Assembly (NCBI GenBank): GCA_965140445.1
Contig: OZ223236.1
Coordinates: 288,001 to 352,000 of the forward strand
DNA: 64,000 bases
Source: Candidatus Ozemobacteraceae bacterium
Lineage (GTDB): Bacteria; Muiribacteriota; Ozemobacteria; Ozemobacterales; Ozemobacteraceae
Reading direction: 5' to 3'
The position numbers were made by a program, and so were the translations under genes. The notes beneath the pieces were generated by a model. It was not told the origin of the DNA and made no database searches. It worked only from the letters and a program-made list of their open reading frames with translations. Below, piece by piece: positions 19,489 to 29,511 of the stretch (the first letter of the stretch is position 1; every line of letters starts with the position of its first letter).

Positions 19489-20515
19489 GAGCTCCTACAT
19501 AGTGCTCTCGAACCGCTTCGCCATCATAGTAGGCATAATCCATTCTAACATTCGGCAACAACTGCATGCCGAATCCCAGAGTAAGGGTTCCGTTTAAAGT
19601 CCCCATTCTCATCGTCAAGTCGTTTTCGATAAACTTCTTTTCGACACCTAGTCTGTATTGCTGCTCAGTAGTCTTAGATGAATTTGTTATGTTAATAGCA
19701 TCTGCTGCAAGCTTGGTTCCCTTGGTAATTTCTACCGCTGCACCAAAGTTTAAGCTAACACCGTCTCTGCTGGTATTTGTTCCGTCAACATTTTCAATTA
19801 GGTTGTCAACAGTCATACCACCAGTAATTCTGTCATTGTAATGATACATAAGTCCAACACCCATAGATTGAGAATCGCGTTTACTATGTTGTTGTAAGCT
19901 CTTAATGTATCTATCAACACTTTTCATTCGAAATTTGATACCGCCATAAAGCTGCTCACGAGCCAGCATTCTTCTTGCTATTGGAAATCTTGTTCCAAAA
20001 CCAAGCTGGAGATCCTTTGTAGATCTTCTAACACCTTTAAACTCTCCACCCACAAGGTCTCCAAAAGCTTCGGAACGGTTATCTTCTGTGTAAGAAACGC
20101 CGTAGCTATATTTTGGCCTTCTTGGAAGTGGTTCTTCAAGAATGTTATGTTCCAGGTAATCTGTAATAGAGAATTTATCTTCCACTTTATCTTCGTAAAT
20201 ATGCCCTGTAAAGGCTGCGCTGGTCCAATCGAAGATATCTCGCTCGTTCACTTTTGCTTGAATAGAAGCTTCTCGGCCCTGAATCTGAGACAACCCAGCC
20301 GGATTGTAATATGTTGCAGATTCATCATCTGAAAGGCCAATAAAAGCACCACCCATGCCTCTTGAACGCGCTGACTGCGCAAATAAACTGAAAGATGAAA
20401 CGACAAGAAAAAATGTCATAAACAGCAGTATTGCTGCCTTTCGTTGGTGGGATTGTCGATTCATGAGTGGCCTCCTTGAATTTGCTATTTCTGGTGCTTT
20501 ATTTCTAATCGTCAT
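19472..20515 (-). CDS. Outer-membrane beta-barrel protein (PorV/FadL-like N-terminus)
   Basis: SARSRGMGGAFIGLSDDESATYYNPAGL signature; amphipathic strands; C-terminal HYVGAHVTFD; the start is probably a downstream Met. Confidence 0.8.
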   Translation of the reverse strand: MTIRNKAPEIANSRRPLMNRQSHQRKAAILLFMTFFLVVSSFSLFAQSARSRGMGGAFIGLSDDESATYYNPAGLSQIQGREASIQAKVNERDIFDWTSAAFTGHIYEDKVEDKFSITDYLEHNILEEPLPRRPKYSYGVSYTEDNRSEAFGDLVGGEFKGVRRSTKDLQLGFGTRFPIARRMLAREQLYGGIKFRMKSVDRYIKSLQQHSKRDSQSMGVGLMYHYNDRITGGMTVDNLIENVDGTNTSRDGVSLNFGAAVEITKGTKLAADAINITNSSKTTEQQYRLGVEKKFIENDLTMRMGTLNGTLTLGFGMQLLPNVRMDYAYYDGEAVREHYVGAHVTFD

Positions 20516-20551
20516 TTTGTTAGTAAAAACTGAGAATTCAATTTAAATTTT

Positions 20552-21646
20552 CTATTTTTTCTTTACTGGCATAAAACCAGCGGGAAGTTTTGGCATTGGT
20601 TTGAACCCAGGCAGATCAGAGTCTGGCGTTACCGGTTCAAGCGGCACAAACCCGGCGGGCGTATTTCCCGAGCGAATAACTGGAGCGGGAAGTTTTGCTG
20701 GTGTAACTGCAGGCTTGGGAAAATCCATAGGATTAGCAACAGGTCGCTTCATAGTCACAGGACTCTGTCTTTTTCCATCTTTGTAAACAAATGGAACAGA
20801 AGCATAAATGATGTTCTCGCGGTAAGGATGGGTCTTGAACTTACGCAAGAGTTCATACTGACTTTCACCTTCTGGAACAATCATATCAATTATTGGAGGG
20901 TCACCATAAGTATCATGGCCGCCACCAAAATCTTTCGCAGTTGGAAACGCCTTAACGTCTCTATTCAAAAGCCTATTTGGGGAAACAATGTTATAGAATC
21001 CCATCGCAAAACACTGAAAACCAGAGTTAGCAGTAACCCCAGGAAGCTTTTTCTTACTTATTTTTACGATAATTTTGTCTCTCTGAATATAAACGTAATC
21101 TGGATAAATTATGTCTTCGATTCTATTCTGAAAGTCCAGCTCATCAGTTTTGTTTCTCAAAGCTTCAAACACACTATATTCAGATAAAGGCGAGACAAGA
21201 ATTACTTTTTCCCATCCCATATTGTCAGAGAATTTAACGTCGCGGCCCGGAAGAGCTTCTGAGTATCCAGAGTTTACTCTGCCATCTGCGTCAACGTAAA
21301 TGTCCCAAAGATTTGCTACAAACCCCTGTTCTTCGCTTTTTCTGGTATCAGGCCATTCTCTCATAATGTAATTTCTCATTTGAATTACAAAAGTGAAAAT
21401 ACCATCCTCATCATAAACACTGAAATGCTTAATATCAAAAGTTCCCCGACGCATTCTTTTATCGCCAGGATATCGATAGTACCCCGGCCCCTTGTCGTCT
21501 CCGATATTGTCTTTAATGCTTATTAGAGTTCCAACGTCAGACCTGTAATCAGCCGGTGAATTACCAGCCAAGGATGCTGTAGCGGATATCAGGGTTAACA
21601 TGGCAGCAAATAAAGCTGCCAAAGGTTTATTGATCTTTGTTTTCAT
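20552..21646 (-). CDS. Secreted glucodextranase-C/DOMON-like domain protein with Pro-rich tail
   Basis: DDKGPGYYRYP...GTFDIKHFSV, DIYVDADG, ALPGRDV and FGGG...PPIIDM match the amylopullulanase/glucodextranase C-terminal domain; no catalytic GH domain seen. Confidence 0.78.
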   Translation of the reverse strand: MKTKINKPLAALFAAMLTLISATASLAGNSPADYRSDVGTLISIKDNIGDDKGPGYYRYPGDKRMRRGTFDIKHFSVYDEDGIFTFVIQMRNYIMREWPDTRKSEEQGFVANLWDIYVDADGRVNSGYSEALPGRDVKFSDNMGWEKVILVSPLSEYSVFEALRNKTDELDFQNRIEDIIYPDYVYIQRDKIIVKISKKKLPGVTANSGFQCFAMGFYNIVSPNRLLNRDVKAFPTAKDFGGGHDTYGDPPIIDMIVPEGESQYELLRKFKTHPYRENIIYASVPFVYKDGKRQSPVTMKRPVANPMDFPKPAVTPAKLPAPVIRSGNTPAGFVPLEPVTPDSDLPGFKPMPKLPAGFMPVKKK

Positions 21647-21647
21647 A

Positions 21648-22811
21648 TTACTTCACCAGAATAATCGAGTATTCTGAGTCCCCTGATTCCTGATAAGGAT
21701 CTTTAACCTGATTGGTGGTTGTAATATTGAATGCATACTTATGATAACCAGGTGCCACACCCGTAAAGAGTCTAGTGTAAACTCCATCACCAGCGACTTC
21801 ATCGCCATTGGTTCCATCATCATAAAGTTGCTGCGGCTGCCAATTTGTAAAATCAGCAACAGCTGTTGGATTCTCAGCTTCAGAGAAATCAGACTTAATT
21901 ATCATAAGTCTGGCTTCGCCGCTTTTCTTTGCAGAAAGGGCAGTTACAGGCACATCATAAACAGGCACTGTGCTGAGATCGACAGGAATACTTCTCATGT
22001 GGAAACTTGGGCTTCTGAATACCAGGTATTCTTTACCGTTTCCTTCCATGGACATATTATAAGCGCCATCACTATCAAGATTGATTGATCTGGAACCTTT
22101 CTTGGTTGAAAGCTTAACTTCTGAATAATTCACACCTGTGAGATCACTTGTTACAGTTCCTCTAGCCAGCTTAAGTGTGGCAGCCGGAATAGTAATCTCA
22201 GAAGTAGAGTTTCTATACCCTTCGCGATGAGGGTCTTTTTCATCGCTGGTTGTATCGTCCTTTTTGGTCACTTTTAATTTGTAAAGCTGGGAGCCAGTAA
22301 TCAAATTGGTTGATCTAAGAGTAAAAATGCCATCATCGGCAAGTTTATCTCCATGAGTTCCGTCGTCATACATAGGGTATGTTTCCTCTGACCATGTTGG
22401 TTCAGTTGGCATTAAAGCGACAGACTTCATATCAGGAAAATCAACATTAGAGGCAATCCATAATGCTTCTCCAACGATTTTTTCATCTAGAGTAATTGTT
22501 GGAGCTGTAACCGTTTCTTCCATAACAGCATCAACCCAGGTGTAATTAACGTCAAAGTCTCTACCTCTGGCAACCAAAAGAAATCGACCAGATTTTCGCA
22601 GTTCAATTGAGAATTTGCCTTCTCCGTCTGCGTAAGCACTTGCGTCTTCTTCGCCGGCAATAGTTACTTTTACGCCAAGAGCTATTTTTCCAGCAGGGAC
22701 CGCAATCTGTCCTGTAATAGTTGAAACTGGAATAACCAAAGCTTCCTGAACACATCCAGTTGTAACGATTGCGCATACAGTTATTAACAGTGCCAGTAAT
22801 TTTTTCTTCAT
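21648..22811 (-). CDS. Lipoprotein with carboxypeptidase-regulatory-like domain and two choice-of-anchor X / CBM48-like modules
   Basis: Lipobox TTGC; MYDDGTHGDKLADDGIFT and LYDDGTNGDEVAGDGVYT; ADFTNWQP...YKYAF-like...DPY. Confidence 0.75.
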   Translation of the reverse strand: MKKKLLALLITVCAIVTTGCVQEALVIPVSTITGQIAVPAGKIALGVKVTIAGEEDASAYADGEGKFSIELRKSGRFLLVARGRDFDVNYTWVDAVMEETVTAPTITLDEKIVGEALWIASNVDFPDMKSVALMPTEPTWSEETYPMYDDGTHGDKLADDGIFTLRSTNLITGSQLYKLKVTKKDDTTSDEKDPHREGYRNSTSEITIPAATLKLARGTVTSDLTGVNYSEVKLSTKKGSRSINLDSDGAYNMSMEGNGKEYLVFRSPSFHMRSIPVDLSTVPVYDVPVTALSAKKSGEARLMIIKSDFSEAENPTAVADFTNWQPQQLYDDGTNGDEVAGDGVYTRLFTGVAPGYHKYAFNITTTNQVKDPYQESGDSEYSIILVK

Positions 22812-22821
22812 AATTGCGTTC

Positions 22822-25134
22822 CTAGAAATTTGTTTTTGCCTCGAACACGAACATCTTTTGCGTGCTTATATCTTTTTTGTCTCTTCCGTTATCGTAGCTG
22901 GAAACATCCCAGCGCCATTCGTCTGGATAGTCATAACCAAATTTGAATTTGATTGTTGCATCTTTACTCACATCATAAATGAGTTCGCCATACATGTTTT
23001 CTCTATCAACAGTATCTGTATTACCATCTTTGAAGTCGATTACACCTCTTGAGTAGAAAGCTCTTCCTCGGAACTTATTGGTAAAGTTCTTTTTCAACTC
23101 AGCAATAATGGCATTTGCAAGACTGGAATTTCCTCCATCTTTGCTATCTTCATAGTCAACATGCTGAACTCCGCCAGTAAAACTTGTTGTAGGCGTGAAG
23201 TTGTAAGTTGCTTCGCCAATGTAATCAACCCTCGTGTTTTCCTGTGGTGCAGCAGCCCATCTAACCTGGTGCTCCACACTACCCTTTGCAAAAACTCTAG
23301 GATTTATGTCGGAGTTAACTTCAAAATAGCCAACTCTTTCATTGTATTTATAAGTGTTTCCATCAACCTCGTCTAACTTATCATGGTCAGTGTAAACATT
23401 TATCTTACCCTTGGTGCTAACCGAGTCATTCAGCTTGAGATTTATCTCAATAGTATTATCAATCGAACCGCTTTCATTTGCTAGCGCATCCCACTTTTGT
23501 GAGAAGTCATACTTGACCGTGGTATTGTCGGTAAAATCCGACAAAATCTGGAAAGTAAATTTGCGACCAGAAAGTCCATCGGTGTCGTTTGGTGCATTAG
23601 GATCAACTTCCCAGGTTTTTGAGAGGTAAGTTGCTTCCATAGAAAGATTGTTTGCTATGGCCAAAAGCTTGTTACCAAAGTCATAGTTCATTGAGAATCT
23701 GGTAAGTTTTTCACCTAGAAAGTCTTTTCTACCGTAGTTGCTATCACACTTATGATTCTTTGGATAATCAGAGTCGTCTCCCAGATCAACATCATAAGCC
23801 CAAACAGGGGCCATCAATGCTCTAAAATCCTTACCAAAGTCATAATGTTTAACGGTTCCAGTGAAACCGCCATTTTGGATGCTGATATCAAACTTCGTTC
23901 CTTCATCTCCAAGACTCTTGTCTTTACCATCAGCTGTATCTTTGTGGTAGTCAGTTGATGTTAAGAATTCTGCAGTAGCCTGAACTTTACCAATTCTGTC
24001 AGTAGAGTAATTCATATCTACACCGCGAACAGCATTGGAGTTCCCGCGAACCTTGTAGTCGTTTATTTTTTCAGCAAATGTTGTTCCAACAGAAAAATCA
24101 TCTTCGCTGAATTTTGAAGGAAGTTTCCATACAGCGCGACCACTAATAATTTCATGCTCACTACTAAGGCTATTGTTGAGGTCGTTTTTCAGAATTGATC
24201 CCTGATATGAGAGACCGCCTTCTGAACCAGAGATTTCCACACCCTGGTATGGATCAACGATATCTGTATCTTCAGATAACATATTTAAAGGATCATCTAA
24301 TCCAGTGATTGATTCTCCAGCAAATACACGAACTTTCATGGACTTGGCTTTGCTTACAAAATGCAATTTGTTGCTCTGAACATATCTTTCGTAATTAATC
24401 TTGTAAACATAATCATCAATATTATCAAACGGGTTCGTTTTACCATCGTTGCCTGAATCGTTGTATTGGATTTTATTCCAGTTGTAGCCCTTCATAAAAC
24501 CAACCAGTTCGTAGAAAACTTCCAGTTTTTCATCAAGTGGTTTACCTGTGAAACGCAAATACATCTGTTGATAGAAAGTTACCAACCCAGGATCCGTAAA
24601 TTTCTGATCCTTTTTACCCCATTCGTTAACTGTTACAGTTGATGGTTCAATTATGTATTGTCCGCGTCCACGATAGAAACCAGAAATACTGACTTTAGGA
24701 ATTCTATTCTCCAGGTCTCTGTATTTATTTTCATTATCGGTCATTCGACGTTCGAGGGTATCAACACGAACATCCAATAAACCAAGTTCATCTCTAAATT
24801 CTTTAGTAAGCCTTCCAAGTGCAGCTCTTTCTTCTTCAGTGGCAGCATCAAGAGTAGCTTTCTTTTCTTCCATTCGTCTGAGGATTCTGGCAAGCATTAG
24901 AGCAACATCGTAACGAGTTGTTACTTTTCTGCCTTTAAAGGTTCCATCTGGATACCCTTCCATATAGCCCTGACTGATGAGAAAATCGACATCAGAATAA
25001 GCCCAGTGATCTTTAGGAAGATCCTGGAAGGACGCCGATTGTGCCAGAAGGAGCCCAGGCAGCAACAAGCACAAAAGTATTGCCACTAGTGGCAAGAACT
25101 GTTTAAATCTGCTGTTAATCTTTGTTTGCCTCAT
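22822..25134 (-). CDS. SLH domain + coiled-coil + outer-membrane beta-barrel protein (OmpM-like)
   Basis: FQDLPKDHWAY...GYMEGYPDGTFKG...TRYDVA SLH domain; LTKEFRDELGLLDVRVDTLE stalk; long beta-rich region; terminal Phe. Start placed at ATG 25134 (the track starts at 25188). Confidence 0.85.
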   Translation of the reverse strand: MRQTKINSRFKQFLPLVAILLCLLLPGLLLAQSASFQDLPKDHWAYSDVDFLISQGYMEGYPDGTFKGRKVTTRYDVALMLARILRRMEEKKATLDAATEEERAALGRLTKEFRDELGLLDVRVDTLERRMTDNENKYRDLENRIPKVSISGFYRGRGQYIIEPSTVTVNEWGKKDQKFTDPGLVTFYQQMYLRFTGKPLDEKLEVFYELVGFMKGYNWNKIQYNDSGNDGKTNPFDNIDDYVYKINYERYVQSNKLHFVSKAKSMKVRVFAGESITGLDDPLNMLSEDTDIVDPYQGVEISGSEGGLSYQGSILKNDLNNSLSSEHEIISGRAVWKLPSKFSEDDFSVGTTFAEKINDYKVRGNSNAVRGVDMNYSTDRIGKVQATAEFLTSTDYHKDTADGKDKSLGDEGTKFDISIQNGGFTGTVKHYDFGKDFRALMAPVWAYDVDLGDDSDYPKNHKCDSNYGRKDFLGEKLTRFSMNYDFGNKLLAIANNLSMEATYLSKTWEVDPNAPNDTDGLSGRKFTFQILSDFTDNTTVKYDFSQKWDALANESGSIDNTIEINLKLNDSVSTKGKINVYTDHDKLDEVDGNTYKYNERVGYFEVNSDINPRVFAKGSVEHQVRWAAAPQENTRVDYIGEATYNFTPTTSFTGGVQHVDYEDSKDGGNSSLANAIIAELKKNFTNKFRGRAFYSRGVIDFKDGNTDTVDRENMYGELIYDVSKDATIKFKFGYDYPDEWRWDVSSYDNGRDKKDISTQKMFVFEAKTNF

Positions 25135-25178
25135 TCTTTTCTGTTCTATTCTCTTGATTTTGGAATGCTTCTGTTCCT

Positions 25179-25206
25179 TTATCGGCAAGATTTATTAGTT
25201 AACTGA
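25179..25206 (-). promoter_or_regulatory. sigma28 (FliA/SigD/WhiG)-like promoter
   Basis: Minus strand TCAG-16 nt-GCCGATAA: perfect -10 box, imperfect -35. Confidence 0.5.
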
Positions 25207-25251
25207 GCCAAAAGAAAAAATTTATGCACCGAATCTGTTATACTGTTCTGT

Positions 25252-26481
25252 ATGCAAGGCTCTGAAGCGTTTTCAAAAAGATTATTTTATTTTTCAAGCC
25301 ATCTTACAGCTCCAGCCGTAGGAGTAATTTTCCTTCTTAGTTTCATAATCAGTTCACAAACTGAAGTTTTAAAGCTTCCAAAACCTGCTTTTACAGTGCT
25401 GGTTCTGTTTATTCTTTTTCTTGGGATATGCAAAGCGTCCTATATACTGTCCAATTTAATCCTGGATAAAAAGAAATTGTTTTACCCTACCGTTAAACTA
25501 TGGCTTTACCCCAGTATTGGCTTTCTCTTTATAATTTTATCTTCATCTTCCATATTGACATTGTCCAGTAAGATTCTTGGAAGAGGTTTTTGGAGTGGTT
25601 TTCTCGGCTTAACCTCACAAAACACCACTTCTCTCTTCTCTGCCAGCTTTTTTTCAATGACTGCCTACATAAGCTTGCAGTTCTTTATATCAATGGCTTA
25701 CTCAATAAAATACATCTTTGATGTTTCCAGATCACATTTTAGACTGCTTTTTGAAGAGGTTGCTGAAGAGGAGGAGGATCCTAAGAGCAAAATTGATAAA
25801 ATGCTCAATGAGATTCAGTTTGAAAACGATCATTTTCAGGAACTTAGAAAGAAAGCCTCAATAGTAAATAGAAAAGCCCTGCTTTTATTTTTCATCTTGA
25901 GCACATCAATCGGAATTTACATTTTATTCTTTAAACCAGAATTGATCCTGTTTTATCGTGCTGAAATTCAGTTAAAAACATATTCTCAGCCAGAATCTGC
26001 ACTCAAAACCTTTGACCATCTTTTAATCAGGTATCCAAACTACAAATTTGCAGACACAGTTAGTTTCAGAAGAAATTGGATTCTTGATAGGAGACTCAAA
26101 AAATACAACGAAGCCAGCAAAGGCTACATCAATTTCATAAACAGGTTTGGCTTTTCAAATGTTTGGTCTGATGAAGTTACAGCAGGCCTGGCAAGGATCT
26201 ATATTGATAAGCTCGGGGATTTAGAGTCAGGAAAAAAATGGGCCGAGATCTACCTGAAAAACTACCCTGAAGGAGTAATGGCTCCTCACATGTATCTTTA
26301 TCTCATAAGAGTTTTGCAAAAACAAAAAAAATCAGCTGAATGTAAAAAGCTTGAAAAAGAAGCTTTAAGAAAGTTTGGTGGGAAAGAAATTCAAATAATA
26401 AATATCGAAGACAAGCTCATTGAATTTGTTCTTTTTAATGACGCCCTCAAAACAAATAATTACATTTCAAAATTTCAGTAG
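25252..26481 (+). CDS. Membrane protein with C-terminal TPR/BamD-like helical domain
   Basis: About 5 hydrophobic helices followed by ALKTFDHLLIRYPN and YLKNYPEG TPR-like turns. Confidence 0.7.
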   Translation: MQGSEAFSKRLFYFSSHLTAPAVGVIFLLSFIISSQTEVLKLPKPAFTVLVLFILFLGICKASYILSNLILDKKKLFYPTVKLWLYPSIGFLFIILSSSSILTLSSKILGRGFWSGFLGLTSQNTTSLFSASFFSMTAYISLQFFISMAYSIKYIFDVSRSHFRLLFEEVAEEEEDPKSKIDKMLNEIQFENDHFQELRKKASIVNRKALLLFFILSTSIGIYILFFKPELILFYRAEIQLKTYSQPESALKTFDHLLIRYPNYKFADTVSFRRNWILDRRLKKYNEASKGYINFINRFGFSNVWSDEVTAGLARIYIDKLGDLESGKKWAEIYLKNYPEGVMAPHMYLYLIRVLQKQKKSAECKKLEKEALRKFGGKEIQIINIEDKLIEFVLFNDALKTNNYISKFQ

Positions 26482-27281
26482 CAATTAAAAAGTCTTTCTA
26501 ATTCCCCGGTAAAACAAGCTTTTGCGATGCCAAGCCCTCTCTTTGTAGAATGAGTTTTTTTCCCCTTCAATCTAAGTTCTTCCAGAAAAACCTCATCTGT
26601 AACAACACCAATTATAAATTTTCGTCCATTTTTTTCTATAAAAACAGGAGACCCACTATATCCCTGAAACACCTCAAAATCGACCATGTAACTTTTTAAT
26701 CCAGAAGACTGAGCTTCAACAAAACTGGCGATAATACCAGATCTCAAAATGGGGAAGCCTTCACTACTAGATTCACAGCCATAAGGGAATCCAGCGACAA
26801 AAACCTTATCTCCGGGGGATAAAGAAAGACTGGAAAAATCCGAATCTCGAGCTATTTCGCTTCTTTCCAGAGTAGAAATGGTCATATCATCTGGGAGCTC
26901 AACCTTAATCAGCGCCAGATCTGAGCCTTCAGAGCAAATCCAATACCTTCTACTCCCATCCCTGATTTGTATCCGGCATTGGAATTTAACAAATCCATTT
27001 GTGGTCTTTTTTCTTAGATTCAGGCGGGCAAAATTCCCATTAATTTGCTCTATTACATGAGCTGCGGTAACAAGAAACTTTTTCTTTCCATTCCCTGATT
27101 TGCTCGAAATCAAGAAGCAGGTTCCCGATATGGGCTCACCGTTCTTTGCTTTTCCTTCAAGTTTATAAACCGAGTACATAACAGATGAGCAAATATCATC
27201 TGCGAGCAAAACAGAAAATTTACTTAAAAAAACTACAATAAAAACGGAAACCCAAAACAGAAACCTGCCACTACTTAACAA
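26475..27281 (-). CDS. Trypsin-like serine protease (S1), secreted
   Basis: Catalytic triad motifs VTAAHV, SDLAL and GYSGSPV. Confidence 0.88.
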   Translation of the reverse strand: MLSSGRFLFWVSVFIVVFLSKFSVLLADDICSSVMYSVYKLEGKAKNGEPISGTCFLISSKSGNGKKKFLVTAAHVIEQINGNFARLNLRKKTTNGFVKFQCRIQIRDGSRRYWICSEGSDLALIKVELPDDMTISTLERSEIARDSDFSSLSLSPGDKVFVAGFPYGCESSSEGFPILRSGIIASFVEAQSSGLKSYMVDFEVFQGYSGSPVFIEKNGRKFIIGVVTDEVFLEELRLKGKKTHSTKRGLGIAKACFTGELERLFNCY

Positions 27282-27291
27282 ACTTTACCCT

Positions 27292-27726
27292 TTAAGCTAT
27301 TTCAAGTTTGATTGAGGTATTATTAATAAGATTATCCGCAACCGGACAGCGCTTTTCAACTTCCTCGAAAAACTCTTTCTTTTCTGAATCACTTATATCA
27401 GCATCAAGATGTGCTTTAATTGTGATTGTTTGAAATCCAGATCTAATTTCTGGGTTCTTACCCATCAGGCCGTCTGGATCAAGTTCACCAGATATTTCAA
27501 CCTTAAAATCATTTATTTTAATTCGTTTTTTGGCTGCCACCATTTTGCCAAGGGTAATCATACAACCTGCAAGCGCTGTTAAGAAATATTCTAACGGATT
27601 TGCACCAGCGTCGCTCCCACCAGCTGCAGATGGCTGGTCTACAACTATGATATGATTTCCAGCTTTTACTTCAATTTTAAAACCTTCAACAAGCTTAGAC
27701 TCAATTTTTACTATTTTCTTCCCCAT
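27292..27726 (-). CDS. OsmC family protein
   Basis: DQP..AGGSDAGANPLEYFLTALAGC and RCPVADNL; start ATG 27726 with SD GGAGG. Confidence 0.92.
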   Translation of the reverse strand: MGKKIVKIESKLVEGFKIEVKAGNHIIVVDQPSAAGGSDAGANPLEYFLTALAGCMITLGKMVAAKKRIKINDFKVEISGELDPDGLMGKNPEIRSGFQTITIKAHLDADISDSEKKEFFEEVEKRCPVADNLINNTSIKLEIA

Positions 27727-27742
27727 GTTTGCCTCCAAATTC

Positions 27743-28858
27743 TTAAATAAAGAATTTACTTATGATAGAGTTCGCAAATGCAATGCCCTTTTCAGAGAGT
27801 ATTACGTTTTGGTTTACTTTTATAAGATTACCACTTTCCAGCTCTATATCAAGGGTCTTTAAAAATTCTTCTGTCAGATTTCCAAATCTTTTTTTCAATA
27901 AATCAATATTTAATCCCTCGTTCAGCAGCCTTAGTCTAAGCATAATAAATTCATTCTTTAGATCGATTTCTGACAGTTGTTCGATTTCCTGATTTTCGAA
28001 AGTCGCCCAGTCTAACAAATTGGCTGGGTTTGAAATTCTTTTCATATCTAAAGTTGCGACCCCAGAAGGCCCTAATGCGAAATAATTCTGATTCAGCCAA
28101 TAGCCTAAATTGTGTTTGCACTCAAAACCAGGTTTTGCATAATTTGAAATCTCATAATGTGAAAATCCAAGATCTTTTAATACATGTCTGACTTCATAAA
28201 GTTCTTCAGGGCCAACATTGTCTGGGTCTGGAAGCTCATCATTTAAAACTCGCTTCTCCATGACACTCTCAGGCTCCAACGTTAAAAAATATGCTGAAAT
28301 ATGCCTGGCAGGAAATTTGATCAAAAAATCCGCCAACTCAGGGGCCAGGGTTTTGCAGCCTGGAACCCCCATTATGAAATCAAAAGAGAAATTCTCAAAA
28401 TGCATACAAATGGTTTCAGCGGCTCGGTAAACATCATCTAATCTAGCTCTTCTTCCAAGAAGAGTTAATTCTTTATCTGAAAGTCTTTGAATTCCCATGC
28501 TAATTCTAATATTGGGAATCTGCTTCAGTAAAATAGCCCAATTTTTATCAAATGTTTCTGGATTGGTTTCGATAGTAAATTCTTGAATTTCTGAAAAGTC
28601 GATGTGAGTCTGAAGTTTTTTAACTATCCTGTTAAATCTCTCAAAACCTATACATGTAGGATTTCCGCCACCAATAAAAATAGTGTTAACTTTAAATTTG
28701 CCCTTATTCGAAAAAGTGCGTTCAATTTCTTCTTCCAGTTTTGCAACAAAGAAATCTATCTCATTCTGATTTGCAGCTATTGAATAAAAGCCGCAATAAT
28801 CGCACTTTTGGACACAAAAAGGGATATGAATATAAAGTCCTGGAACAGTATTTTTCAT
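27743..28858 (-). CDS. hemW: Radical SAM heme chaperone HemW (HemN-like)
   Basis: LYIHIPFCVQKCDYC, HYEISNYA and HNLGYW. Confidence 0.88.
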   Translation of the reverse strand: MKNTVPGLYIHIPFCVQKCDYCGFYSIAANQNEIDFFVAKLEEEIERTFSNKGKFKVNTIFIGGGNPTCIGFERFNRIVKKLQTHIDFSEIQEFTIETNPETFDKNWAILLKQIPNIRISMGIQRLSDKELTLLGRRARLDDVYRAAETICMHFENFSFDFIMGVPGCKTLAPELADFLIKFPARHISAYFLTLEPESVMEKRVLNDELPDPDNVGPEELYEVRHVLKDLGFSHYEISNYAKPGFECKHNLGYWLNQNYFALGPSGVATLDMKRISNPANLLDWATFENQEIEQLSEIDLKNEFIMLRLRLLNEGLNIDLLKKRFGNLTEEFLKTLDIELESGNLIKVNQNVILSEKGIAFANSIISKFFI

Positions 28859-28877
28859 TTTTATCTTCTTTATCTTT

Positions 28878-29438
28878 TCAATTTTGCTGTTTTACCTTAA
28901 AACGCTTTCTGACTGTTGCAACAAGTACATTGTCAGCTTCACGAGAAACGAAAAACAATGGAGAATAACCAAACCGAGCGATTTGCAAAAAGAATAGCCA
29001 CAAGAAAATTATAGTTACGACAAAGTTTGGCCAGGCATTAATTTGCCATTGTCCCGCCCACGATAGCCCCAGGTCACTTAAGGGAAATAAATATTGAATA
29101 GGCCATTGAAAACCATCAGGCCCCCTTGCTCCAATAAAATCACAAACCAGATGCAAGTGAAAAATACAAAAAAACAATAAAGCACTTTTTAACTTTTCTT
29201 TTGAAAAGATATAGGCAAAAATGGTTAGAACTAGACAGAAAAAAATATTATGCCCCCAAACATGATGATACCTTGAAAATAATTCTGCCTCACCACCAGA
29301 AAAAACGTCAAAAACGACTCCCAAAGCATCCAGATCTGGAGCTACTGAAGCAAAAGTCAGCAAAGCAACATCTCTTTTCTCAACAGCATATCTCTGGCCA
29401 GCTACCCATCCTATCAAACCGTGTGTAATAATATTCAT
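28878..29438 (-). CDS. YdjM-like membrane-bound metal-dependent hydrolase
   Basis: ITHGL, PDLD, HH..GHN and HLVCD motifs. Confidence 0.8.
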   Translation of the reverse strand: MNIITHGLIGWVAGQRYAVEKRDVALLTFASVAPDLDALGVVFDVFSGGEAELFSRYHHVWGHNIFFCLVLTIFAYIFSKEKLKSALLFFCIFHLHLVCDFIGARGPDGFQWPIQYLFPLSDLGLSWAGQWQINAWPNFVVTIIFLWLFFLQIARFGYSPLFFVSREADNVLVATVRKRFKVKQQN

Positions 29439-29511
29439 AGCCTTAACTTTGATCCAATTTTGGGTCTATGGTACCATAGGAATCAATTTCTGGGTACAAG
29501 TGGAGAAAAAA

